From: Verrucomicrobiales bacterium
GTDB taxonomy: Bacteria; Verrucomicrobiota; Verrucomicrobiia; Verrucomicrobiales; DEV007
DNA: 64,000 nt
NCBI GenBank assembly: GCA_049594415.1
Contig: JBMYJM010000010.1
Span: 41,641-105,640 of the forward strand
Reading direction: 5' to 3'
Each line of letters begins with the position of its first letter. Position 1 is the first letter of the stretch. The position numbers and the translations under genes were made by a program. The notes beneath the pieces are model-generated. The model saw nothing but the letters and a program-made list of their open reading frames with translations, did not search any database and was not told where the DNA came from. Below, piece by piece: positions 49,554 to 58,367 of the stretch.

Positions 49554-51827
49554 CTACCACTGGCTGAAATCGGGAGCCGACTCCACCGGCACAAAATCGA
49601 TGAAGCCCTTGATGTGATTCACCCGGAGAAGTTGCACACTGACCGTTCGCCCGGCCGCCAGGGTCGGCGCGTTGCAGCGACTCTTGAACTGCTTGTGGAT
49701 GCGGTCGAAAAAATACTCATCGCGGGGCGAGAGATCTTCCTTCCGGATCAGCCCCTTGATCATGAGATCATTCAATTCGACGAAGGCACCGATAGGACGC
49801 ACCTCCAACACGGTGGCATCAAACGCCGCATCGGGATCTTCGCGACAGGTGCGCTCGAGGTATTCGATCATCTTGAGACGCTGAGTCTCCATTTCCGCTT
49901 CGGCGGCGACGCGTTCGGTCCTGGAGATGCGGTAGGAGATGTCTCCCATTTCCGCCGCTGTCGGCGTGCGCCCCGGCACATCAGGTGCCGTGGCTTCTCC
50001 ACGTTTCGACAGAATCCGCCGCAACACCCGGTGAACCACGAGATCGGCATATCGTCGTATCGGGCTGGTGAAGTGAGTGTAGTTCGTCTTGGCCAACCCG
50101 TAATGCCCCATTGGTTCAGCGCGATAGTCAGCCCGTCGCAGACTTCTCAACAATGCCACCTTGATGCTGTGTTCTTCGACATTGCCCTTGATGCTCTGAA
50201 GAAGTTTCTGAAGTTCCGGACGATGAGTCACATCCCCTACCCGATGCCCAAAGCTGCGGGCGAGATCAGCGAACTCTTCCAACTTGCCCGGGGCGGGATC
50301 TTCGTGAACCCGATAAATTGAGGGAGCCGGAGCATTCTTCGTTTCGTAGGCCACCGCCTCGTTAGCGGCGAGCATGAATTCCTCGATCAACTGGTGACTC
50401 TCATCGTAAACGCTGCGCTTCACCCCGATGGCACGGCCCTCTTCGTCCAACACCACCCTGACCTCGGCGAAGTCGAGATCGAGGGCTCCGTTTTGATATC
50501 TTCTCTCGCGAAGCAGTGATCCCAGTTCCCAGGCCCGCTTGAGATGAATGGTCAGTTGTTTCTGCTTCTGATCCTCAATCGCCTCGACCTCCTCATCAGT
50601 TAGCATCATCTGCTCGTAGGCCTGCTCATAGGTGTAGCGATGGTGACTCCGGATTACGGCGGAAACAAAGCGGGCTTTTGTCATTTTGCCGCGCGAGTCG
50701 AAATCTATGACCGCGGCATGAGTGAGTCGCTCAACATGGGGCTTGAGACTGCAGACCCCGTTACTCAATTTCTCCGGCAGCATCGGGATAACACGATCGG
50801 CCAGGTAGACACTATTCCCGCGCTTCCGCGCTTCCTTGTCCAATGCCGAGTCGGGTTTCACATAGTGCGACACGTCAGCAATATGAACGGCCAATTCCCA
50901 GCCACCGTCAGGTTTCTCCGTCACGCAGATGGCATCGTCAAAATCTTTGGCATCTTCCGGGTCGATCGTGAACACCTCGCGCTCACGCCAGTCCTCTCGT
51001 CGCACAATCTCCTCCTCAGGCACGACCTCGTCGATCAAGTCGGCTTCGGCGAGGACGGTCTCAGGAAATTCGAGCGGCAATCCATATCGGTGAATGACTT
51101 TAAGAATATCGACTCCAGGCGCATCCTCGCGACCTAACACCTTCACCATTTCTGCCATGGGAGGCTGGTGCACATCACTCCATTCGGTAAACGAAGCCAC
51201 GACGATGTCACCCGGTTTTGCCTCGGGCAAAATACTCATGAGCCGGAACGAGGCCGGCAGGCGACCGTCTTCCGGGGCTACGGTGGCGCGGGCTCCCTTG
51301 CCATGGAAAATGCCTACAATGGGCCGCCCACTGCGTTCCACGACTTCCACCACCCGGGCCTGAAGATACTCCGTGTCGTCATGCATCCGGGCACGATGCT
51401 TCGGCGAATGCTTGTGCCACTTCGGCGGCGCGCCCCGCTGAATCTTCACATCGACCGTATCTCCGTCGAGAGCCGTTGAAGTGAAGCGACCGGGAACGAA
51501 TACACGCGGCCGTTCCATGTCCCGGAAGATGCGGCTGCTCGCTGGATCCTCGGGCACAAAAAACGCGCTGCGTCGCTTGCGGTCGTTTGACATCTGGAGG
51601 TAGCCGCGAATCAATTCTCCGTCACTCTTCCGGTCAGGAACCCGATAGCGGGCCTTCTTGCCACGCATCAACTCCCCCTTGGCTTCCAGTTCAACCAGGG
51701 CCGCCCGAAATTCAGCCCGCTCGTCAGATGGCACGCCGAGATCCCGGGACATTTCGGATTTGTTCATCGGCTGATAGTCCGGCTCCTTCACCCGGGCCCG
51801 GATTGCCTCGATAAAATTCTTCTTCAA
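49554..51827 (-). CDS. rnr: Ribonuclease R
   Basis: N-terminal HTH and CSD; FTIDPEDAKDFDDA, HIADVSHYV, LIEEFMLAANE, HYGLA...YTHFTSPIRRYADL; S1 domain. TTG start. Confidence 0.95.
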   Translation of the reverse strand: MKKNFIEAIRARVKEPDYQPMNKSEMSRDLGVPSDERAEFRAALVELEAKGELMRGKKARYRVPDRKSDGELIRGYLQMSNDRKRRSAFFVPEDPASSRIFRDMERPRVFVPGRFTSTALDGDTVDVKIQRGAPPKWHKHSPKHRARMHDDTEYLQARVVEVVERSGRPIVGIFHGKGARATVAPEDGRLPASFRLMSILPEAKPGDIVVASFTEWSDVHQPPMAEMVKVLGREDAPGVDILKVIHRYGLPLEFPETVLAEADLIDEVVPEEEIVRREDWREREVFTIDPEDAKDFDDAICVTEKPDGGWELAVHIADVSHYVKPDSALDKEARKRGNSVYLADRVIPMLPEKLSNGVCSLKPHVERLTHAAVIDFDSRGKMTKARFVSAVIRSHHRYTYEQAYEQMMLTDEEVEAIEDQKQKQLTIHLKRAWELGSLLRERRYQNGALDLDFAEVRVVLDEEGRAIGVKRSVYDESHQLIEEFMLAANEAVAYETKNAPAPSIYRVHEDPAPGKLEEFADLARSFGHRVGDVTHRPELQKLLQSIKGNVEEHSIKVALLRSLRRADYRAEPMGHYGLAKTNYTHFTSPIRRYADLVVHRVLRRILSKRGEATAPDVPGRTPTAAEMGDISYRISRTERVAAEAEMETQRLKMIEYLERTCREDPDAAFDATVLEVRPIGAFVELNDLMIKGLIRKEDLSPRDEYFFDRIHKQFKSRCNAPTLAAGRTVSVQLLRVNHIKGFIDFVPVESAPDFSQW

Positions 51828-51955
51828 ACCGTGGTCAAAAAATCTACCAATTTGGCTGGACGCGCCGATTGGCCATGTGTTTACATTGTATTGTCAATAA
51901 TTGAAGCGCGAATTCAGAAAAAAGAACTCGTCACCACGGTATCAACCCGCTAAAC

Positions 51956-52570
51956 ATGCCCCCAAACATGAGAAAATCACTCGGAAAACCAAATCGGAAA
52001 CGTTATGCGGGCTTCACGCTGCTGGAGTTGCTTGTCGTGATCGCCATCATCGGAATTCTCGCTGGCCTGATGTATCCGGCCGCTACCGGCGTGATGCGCA
52101 GAGCCGAATCTACCCGTGCCTCCAATACCGCCTACAACCTGAAGGCAGCTATTTCCTCCTACTTCACCGAATATCGCAAGTATCCCGTCGAAGGAGATCG
52201 CGAAGAAACCGCGGAACTGCGTTCCGACAATGAACTCATGGATGTTCTTCTTGGATCTGACAGCGAAGCTGAAGAGGGTGGATTGAACCCCCGACGCATT
52301 GCTTTCTACTCGGGTAAGCAGGGTAAGCGGGGAGAAGGTGGCAAGTACAAGAGCGGTATCAGCATGAGTGACGACGGCGGCGGTGAGCTATGGGATCCGT
52401 GGTTCGATTACTACTACCTGCGTCTCGACCTCGACTACAACAACCGCGTCGAGAAGCCCGAATGGGACAACAAAACCGAATCTCAGTATATCCCGGAATC
52501 CATCCTGATCTGGAGCTCCGGCAAATCAGGGGACGAAGAAGACACCTCCGACAACATCACGACCTGGTAA
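51956..52570 (+). CDS. Stand-alone prepilin-type (N-methylation) protein
   Basis: AGFTLLELLVVIAIIGILAGLMYPA; DPW..YY, LIWSSG..G.....DNI.TW. Confidence 0.88.
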   Translation: MPPNMRKSLGKPNRKRYAGFTLLELLVVIAIIGILAGLMYPAATGVMRRAESTRASNTAYNLKAAISSYFTEYRKYPVEGDREETAELRSDNELMDVLLGSDSEAEEGGLNPRRIAFYSGKQGKRGEGGKYKSGISMSDDGGGELWDPWFDYYYLRLDLDYNNRVEKPEWDNKTESQYIPESILIWSSGKSGDEEDTSDNITTW

Positions 52571-52602
52571 GGCTTTCCCCTGAACAAAACCACTCAATGC
52601 AG

Positions 52603-52634
52603 AGCACGTCCCCACCGGACGTGCTTTTGTTTTT
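52603..52634 (+). terminator. Intrinsic terminator after the pilin gene
   Basis: 9-bp stem AGCACGTCC/GGACGTGCT, 5-nt loop, then TTTGTTTTT. Confidence 0.8.
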
Positions 52635-52650
52635 CAGACATTAAGCTATC

Positions 52651-53427
52651 CTACTCAACGATAAAGAAGGGATTGAGCAGGTTCTCCTTATTGTAAACCA
52701 GATCACAGCCGGTTTCGTGATTGATCACACGTCGTCCAGACTCCAGCGCAACAGCGTGGGCAGCCCCGGTATCCCACTCCATGGTCGGTCCGAGGCGCGG
52801 ATAAACATCGGCACCGCCCTCCGCAACGAGGCAGAGTTTCAACGAACTGCCGGCTGAAAGGAATTCCACCTCTTTGCCCTCCGCCTTGAGCGCATCCACA
52901 AATGCCTGGACCTCATCGGTCAGATGGGAGCGGCTCGCCACCACAGTGACAGAGTCCTTCGCGGAGTAGTGCTCGCCTCCTTCAAGTTTGAAGACTTTAC
53001 CCCCTCCCGTTATCTTCCAGGCTCCCTGCCCCTCCTGAGCCCAGTAGAGATGATCCCCCACCGGCTGGTAGACGACGCCGAGAATTGGCATCTGACCTTT
53101 TACCAAAGCAATATTTACCGTGAACTCTCCATTACGCTTGATGAATTCCTTAGTCCCGTCGAGCGGATCGACGAGCCAGAAATAATCCCAGTGCTTTCGC
53201 TCGGAATACTCAACCGCCCTAGTCTCCTCTGAGATCACCGGAATATCCGGATAGAGGCGGTTCAGAGCTTCAATAATCACATTATTGGAACGCTGGTCAG
53301 CTTCCGTCAGCGGTGATGTATCCTCTTTGACATCAACAGAAAACTCGGTGCCATAAACGGCCAGGACTTCGTTGCCAGCACGTTTCGCGATATCCTTAAC
53401 GTCTTCGATCTTAACGGTCTCGATCAT
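52651..53427 (-). CDS. cysQ: 3'(2'),5'-bisphosphate nucleotidase
   Basis: SPLTEAD, ISEE, WLVDPLDGTKEFI, GSSLKLC.VAEG.AD.YPR.GPTMEWDT.A. Confidence 0.95.
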   Translation of the reverse strand: MIETVKIEDVKDIAKRAGNEVLAVYGTEFSVDVKEDTSPLTEADQRSNNVIIEALNRLYPDIPVISEETRAVEYSERKHWDYFWLVDPLDGTKEFIKRNGEFTVNIALVKGQMPILGVVYQPVGDHLYWAQEGQGAWKITGGGKVFKLEGGEHYSAKDSVTVVASRSHLTDEVQAFVDALKAEGKEVEFLSAGSSLKLCLVAEGGADVYPRLGPTMEWDTGAAHAVALESGRRVINHETGCDLVYNKENLLNPFFIVE

Positions 53428-53474
53428 GGGGGCCAAACCAAGCGTTTGTCGGCAGGAAATCAACCGCCGATCTG

Positions 53475-56321
53475 CTATAAGCCCCTCAACTGGTCGGTGG
53501 TCCACTTCACAGCCTGCTCGGCATCCGTGTCATCAGGATTGGCCTGAACGTAGGATTCCCATTCCGCCTTGGCTAATTCGAGATGTTGTTTTGCCTCGGC
53601 CTTCTGGCCGGCTTTGAGACAGGCAAATCCGGCTAGGCCGCGGGCCCGGGCCAGAGCCCTGCGGTATAAGGCAACTGAGTTGTCGCGTTCGGAAATTTTC
53701 TCAAGAACATTGATCGCCTCGCCAAGAGGCTGCCGGGACTCATCAAACTGCCCCCCGTCCCCCAGCAACTCCGCCAGGTGCGCCAGTCTCAATGAGTAGG
53801 AATAGAGCACATCGGGAGGCGTTTTAAGCCCGTTCTCACGGACGATCGGTTGCAGGATCGAAATGGCTTCCTGTTCAAATTCGATCGCGTTGGAGAGGCG
53901 TCCCCCATCCCGCTGATCGCGAGCCAGCACACCATAGACATCGGCCAGGGTCTTCTGGTAAGACGGCTCGAAAGGATTGTGCACCACCACCCGGCCAAGA
54001 ATGTCGACAGCTCCTTTCAGTTTGTCCATGTCCCGCGAGAGAAGACCAACCCGGGCGAGGCTGTTGCCAAGACCCAACTGATACTCGTCCACGGCCGCAT
54101 TGAGCTTCACCGCCTGAGCATAGAGATCAGCGGATTGTTGATAGGCTTCTGTGGCCAGTTCTGTCTCGCCTTTAGCTTCCATGATCCGCCCGGCGAGTGA
54201 AAACGAATAGGCCAGAGCCCCAATGACACGATCGTTTTCGGGGTCCAATTCCTGGAACTTCAACAACTGAACCCCGACCGACCGCGTCGCGTCCAGGGCA
54301 GCATCGCGGCGTCCGATGGCAAATTCGCACTCGACGACGGAAAGCGAGTTTTCATGAATACTGACCCCGGCCTCGTTCGATAAATTAGAATCCATCGACC
54401 TTGCCTCCGTCCAATAACTGGAAGATTCCGAGAAATAATGGCGGGCGATTGCATACTTTCCTTCCTTATAGGAAAGCTGGCCAAGAGCCCGCTTCGCGAC
54501 CGCGAGGTTTTTCATAAACTGCACGCTCCCGGTTCGACTGTCTTCAAGCAGGGCGACGTATCGCCTCTCCGCTTCGCCAAAGACTGCCAATGCCTTCCCA
54601 AACTCACCCATCTCGCGATAAATGCGACCAAGGTAGAAGAAAGCGTTAGCAGTCGAGATAATGAAATCCGGAGCATCTCCGTAGACTTCGATCAGGTTCT
54701 CATAATGTTCCCGCCCTGAGATGAGGGCTTCGGCACGCTTCTCACGAAAACCGGGAACGTCAGTATCGCGGTTGTCCAAGACGATTCGGAAGAACTCATC
54801 TCCATTTTCCTGCGTTTGACGGACAATCTGCCTGGCTAGCTTTGCTTCACCGAGAAGTCGGCTACGGCTGTTTTCCACTTCATTGAGTTCAGACTGCAAG
54901 TGCTTTGAGTTTTCGCGGTTTTGGGCCAACTCCATCAGGTAGGCCTCAGCCTGTTCATCGACGCTGGCCTGAAGCTCAGAGGTCTTGATCGTTGCCTCTG
55001 CTTGAACCGACTTCAGTTCCTGATAGTTTTTGACCGCCAAAATACTCAACGGGATAACGCACAGTATTGCAACAACCGCCGTGATCTGCCAAATCAACGC
55101 TGGACGATCGCGAACCACTCCCCCCACGATATCGGGAGGTCTCTTGACGCCTTCCCCGTCGCGATCCGGGAGTTGGCCTCCAATCACTCCGCTCTCCGGC
55201 AATTCTTCTCTAGAGTCATCAAGAGCGGTGGATTCTTCGACCGATTTAGCCCTGGATTCTTCCTTCGCTGCCTTATCTTCAACAACGGACTCGAGCGCTG
55301 GCACAGTCAATGCTGCCTTCTCAGGAGGTGCAATGAAAGCCGGTTCAGCTGGGGTCGGCTCGGATGCCAGTGCCACCGGCTTCGAAGCGGCGTCCTTATC
55401 CGCTTTGTCGCCGATTCGGCAAATGGCTTCGTTGACCTCAACCATGGAATCGGGCCGATCCTCAACATCAAACTCGAGGCAGGACTCAATAATCGAACGC
55501 AAAGCGATGCCGCGTTCGTCAGAAGCCTCTTCCGGCCACTCAACTGGCTTCTCTTTTTCGAGCTGATTCAGAAAATGTTCCGAAACAGGGGTCAGCTCGC
55601 CATAGGAAATTGCCGCTGCCGCATTGAAAGCTTTCTGGTGCTTGGCGCACTGTTGCTGCAGGCGCTCCAGACGCGGAAGGTGCCCGGTCAGGATCTGGAA
55701 GGCAATGACGCCAAAAGCGTAGACATCCCACTTGAATCCGAGTCCATTTGAGAGGTCTCTGTTAGCCAGTTGTTCCGGGCTGACATAAAACATGAGATCA
55801 CCCGCTTCGAGATACTGCAGCCCCCCCACCAAGGCCTGCCCAAAGTCTCCAATGAGGACATCTTGAAACCCTCCCGAGTCCCCGGTCACGAAAATGCTCG
55901 CGGGTCGAAGGCCTCCGTGAAACACACCTTCGTAGTGAGAGTTGGAAAGGCTCCCGGCAAGATCACGAACCACTTCAACGGCCTGATCGCCCTGAAAGAA
56001 ACGCCGCAGTCGCTTCACCGAAGTGACCTGCCAGCGCTTATCCTTGCTCTTCCATCCGAAAAACGGAGTCGCAACTGCCGTCAGTGAATCTGGTCCTTCG
56101 ATCCCATAATCGAATACCTGCACAGTTCCCTCGATCGCAAACTCTCGATCGTTGAATGTCTTGAGGTAGCGTCTCAGAAACGACTCATCAGTCGCCTGGG
56201 ATTTGAGAACTTTCACCACCCGGCGCTCGCCGCTTTCATGCGACGCCACAAAAGACCAGCCGTAGGGATCCTCCCCAAGGAGATCTTCATACTGATACCC
56301 AGGTAATTCCGGCAGCCGCAT
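53475..56321 (-). CDS. Membrane protein: Ser/Thr kinase-like (probable pseudokinase) domain, TM, coiled coil, TPR-like repeats
   Basis: VVKVL, HGGLRPAS, DFG, SPE, DVYAFG; TM LIWQITAVVAILCVIPLSILAV; helical repeats such as ANAFFYLGRIY..GEF.KAL. Confidence 0.82.
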   Translation of the reverse strand: MRLPELPGYQYEDLLGEDPYGWSFVASHESGERRVVKVLKSQATDESFLRRYLKTFNDREFAIEGTVQVFDYGIEGPDSLTAVATPFFGWKSKDKRWQVTSVKRLRRFFQGDQAVEVVRDLAGSLSNSHYEGVFHGGLRPASIFVTGDSGGFQDVLIGDFGQALVGGLQYLEAGDLMFYVSPEQLANRDLSNGLGFKWDVYAFGVIAFQILTGHLPRLERLQQQCAKHQKAFNAAAAISYGELTPVSEHFLNQLEKEKPVEWPEEASDERGIALRSIIESCLEFDVEDRPDSMVEVNEAICRIGDKADKDAASKPVALASEPTPAEPAFIAPPEKAALTVPALESVVEDKAAKEESRAKSVEESTALDDSREELPESGVIGGQLPDRDGEGVKRPPDIVGGVVRDRPALIWQITAVVAILCVIPLSILAVKNYQELKSVQAEATIKTSELQASVDEQAEAYLMELAQNRENSKHLQSELNEVENSRSRLLGEAKLARQIVRQTQENGDEFFRIVLDNRDTDVPGFREKRAEALISGREHYENLIEVYGDAPDFIISTANAFFYLGRIYREMGEFGKALAVFGEAERRYVALLEDSRTGSVQFMKNLAVAKRALGQLSYKEGKYAIARHYFSESSSYWTEARSMDSNLSNEAGVSIHENSLSVVECEFAIGRRDAALDATRSVGVQLLKFQELDPENDRVIGALAYSFSLAGRIMEAKGETELATEAYQQSADLYAQAVKLNAAVDEYQLGLGNSLARVGLLSRDMDKLKGAVDILGRVVVHNPFEPSYQKTLADVYGVLARDQRDGGRLSNAIEFEQEAISILQPIVRENGLKTPPDVLYSYSLRLAHLAELLGDGGQFDESRQPLGEAINVLEKISERDNSVALYRRALARARGLAGFACLKAGQKAEAKQHLELAKAEWESYVQANPDDTDAEQAVKWTTDQLRGL

Positions 56322-56354
56322 CTTCGCCCTTTAAACGGATTCCAGCACCAATCC

Positions 56355-56648
56355 TTATGAGAAATTTGCCCTGACGATTCTCTCCCACTCGTCATCGATC
56401 CCGGCAGCTGTAATCGTAGGCTCCCCGGCTCGATGAAACCAATAGGCTGAATTGCCAAAATCACCCTCGATAGCGTGAAGCAATCCGTGAATCCATGAGC
56501 CCATCTTGGAGGGAATATCCTGGGCAATATCGTGGGCGGCATCCCACTGTCCCGTCTTGGTCAACCAAAGCGCCCTCAGCTCCGGACTGATGTCTTTCGG
56601 GGCTGAATCGTCGCTATTTACCGAGTCGAGAAAGTCTTCCAACGTCAT
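56355..56648 (-). CDS. Small conserved-looking helical hypothetical protein
   Basis: WDAAHDIAQD...SWIHGLLHAIEGD..NSAYWF; coding-like composition. ATG 56648. Confidence 0.75.
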   Translation of the reverse strand: MTLEDFLDSVNSDDSAPKDISPELRALWLTKTGQWDAAHDIAQDIPSKMGSWIHGLLHAIEGDFGNSAYWFHRAGEPTITAAGIDDEWERIVRANFS

Positions 56649-56721
56649 TCGCTGATATTTTAAGTCTCCTTGATAGCGTCGGCAAGACGGGTTTTGTGAG
56701 ACTTTCTCAGCAAATTCACCC

Positions 56722-58365
56722 TCAGGCGTGATTCCTCGCCCGCTTCGAAACATCCCCGGGAATCGGCACCGCAGAAATCAGCCTTTGTGTGTAGTCAGTT
56801 TGAGGATTTCTGATCAACTCAATCGTCTCTCCAGCCTCCTCTACTTTACCCTGACGCATCACCACAGTACGGTCGCAAATCCGCTTCACGACGCTCAAAT
56901 CGTGGGAAATAAACAGGTAGGAAAGGCCAAACTTCTCACGAAGTTCCATCAGCAAATCAATGACCTGCGCCTGAATTGTAACATCGAGAGCAGAAACCGC
57001 TTCATCACAAACGACGAACTTCGGTTTCATTGCCACAGCGCGCGCAACGCAAATACGTTGGCGTTGCCCGCCGGAAAACTCGTGGGGATAACGATTGATT
57101 ACGTCCGCCGGCAAACCCACTTCCTCCAGCCAGTGCGCAGCCACATCAGGGGCATCTCCTTCGAGCAGTCCATGCTCAATAAGCCCTTCCGTCAAAATCT
57201 CCTGCACTGTCAATCGTGGATTCAGTGATGAAAACGGATCCTGGAAAATCATCTGGAGATCCTTCCGCATGTGACGCATGCCGTGATAGCCGCGCCCGCG
57301 AATCTCTTCACCTTCAAAACGGATTGAACCGGAACGAGTCTCTTCCAGTCCGAGAATCGATCTCCCCAGAGTGGTCTTTCCGCTACCCGATTCCCCGACC
57401 AATCCAAGGCACTCACCGGGAAAAACATCGATGCTAACATCCTCAACGGCCTTGACCCAGTCCACGGTCCTGGCAAACACACCTCGCTTCACCGGAAACC
57501 AGGTCCTTAAACTCTTCACTTCAATGAGGGGCTGATCATTATCAGGATCGAAAGAAGACTTCAGAGGTTCATCCGTCAATCTGGGCACCGCACTGAGCAG
57601 TTCACACGTGTAAGGCTCCTTCGGAGATTTGAAGATAGTCTCCGCCTCGCCCCGCTCTACGATTTCGCCGTCCTTCATCACGAGAACACGATCGGCGAGT
57701 TCCCAGATGACCCCCATGTCGTGGGTAATAAAGAGAATCGAAGTGTCATCCGCCTTCATTTCGAGGATCAAGTCGAAAATCTGCGCCTGCAGAGTCACAT
57801 CAAGCGCCGTAGTGGGCTCGTCGGCAATGATCAGCTTCGGTTTGAGGATTAGCGCCATCGCAATCATGACGCGCTGACGCATCCCACCGGAAAACTGGAA
57901 CGGGAACGCTTTGGCCCGCTCTTCCGGATCCGGAATACCTACCCGAGCAAGCCATTCAACAGCGCGGTCCCAGGCATCCTTGCGTGAGACGTCAGGCTCA
58001 TGCACCAAAACCGCCTCGGCGAGTTGCCTTCCGACAGGATGGAGAGGCGAAAGAGCCGTCATCGGCTCCTGAAAAATCACGCTGATGTCTTTCCCTCGAA
58101 CTTTGCGCAATTCGTCGATGGGCAATTCAAGCAAGTTCTTTCCCCCAAAAATAATCTCCCCTCTCTCTATCTGCCCGGGAGGACAGGGAACCAGTCTGAG
58201 TGAGGACATCGCACCAACTGATTTTCCGCTTCCGGATTCTCCTACCAATCCAACGATTTCACCCGGCTGAATTTCAAAGGAAATTCCTTTGACCGCCTCG
58301 ACCGTCTTCCCCTCCACATGGAAAGAAATCGCCAAATTTTTCACGTTGAGCAATGGATCAGGCAT
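56722..58365 (-). CDS. yejF: Peptide ABC transporter, fused dual ATPase
   Basis: Two GESGSGK Walker A motifs, FSGGMRQR and FSGGQRQR, DEPTTALD. Confidence 0.88.
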   Translation of the reverse strand: MPDPLLNVKNLAISFHVEGKTVEAVKGISFEIQPGEIVGLVGESGSGKSVGAMSSLRLVPCPPGQIERGEIIFGGKNLLELPIDELRKVRGKDISVIFQEPMTALSPLHPVGRQLAEAVLVHEPDVSRKDAWDRAVEWLARVGIPDPEERAKAFPFQFSGGMRQRVMIAMALILKPKLIIADEPTTALDVTLQAQIFDLILEMKADDTSILFITHDMGVIWELADRVLVMKDGEIVERGEAETIFKSPKEPYTCELLSAVPRLTDEPLKSSFDPDNDQPLIEVKSLRTWFPVKRGVFARTVDWVKAVEDVSIDVFPGECLGLVGESGSGKTTLGRSILGLEETRSGSIRFEGEEIRGRGYHGMRHMRKDLQMIFQDPFSSLNPRLTVQEILTEGLIEHGLLEGDAPDVAAHWLEEVGLPADVINRYPHEFSGGQRQRICVARAVAMKPKFVVCDEAVSALDVTIQAQVIDLLMELREKFGLSYLFISHDLSVVKRICDRTVVMRQGKVEEAGETIELIRNPQTDYTQRLISAVPIPGDVSKRARNHA

Positions 58366-58367
58366 AG

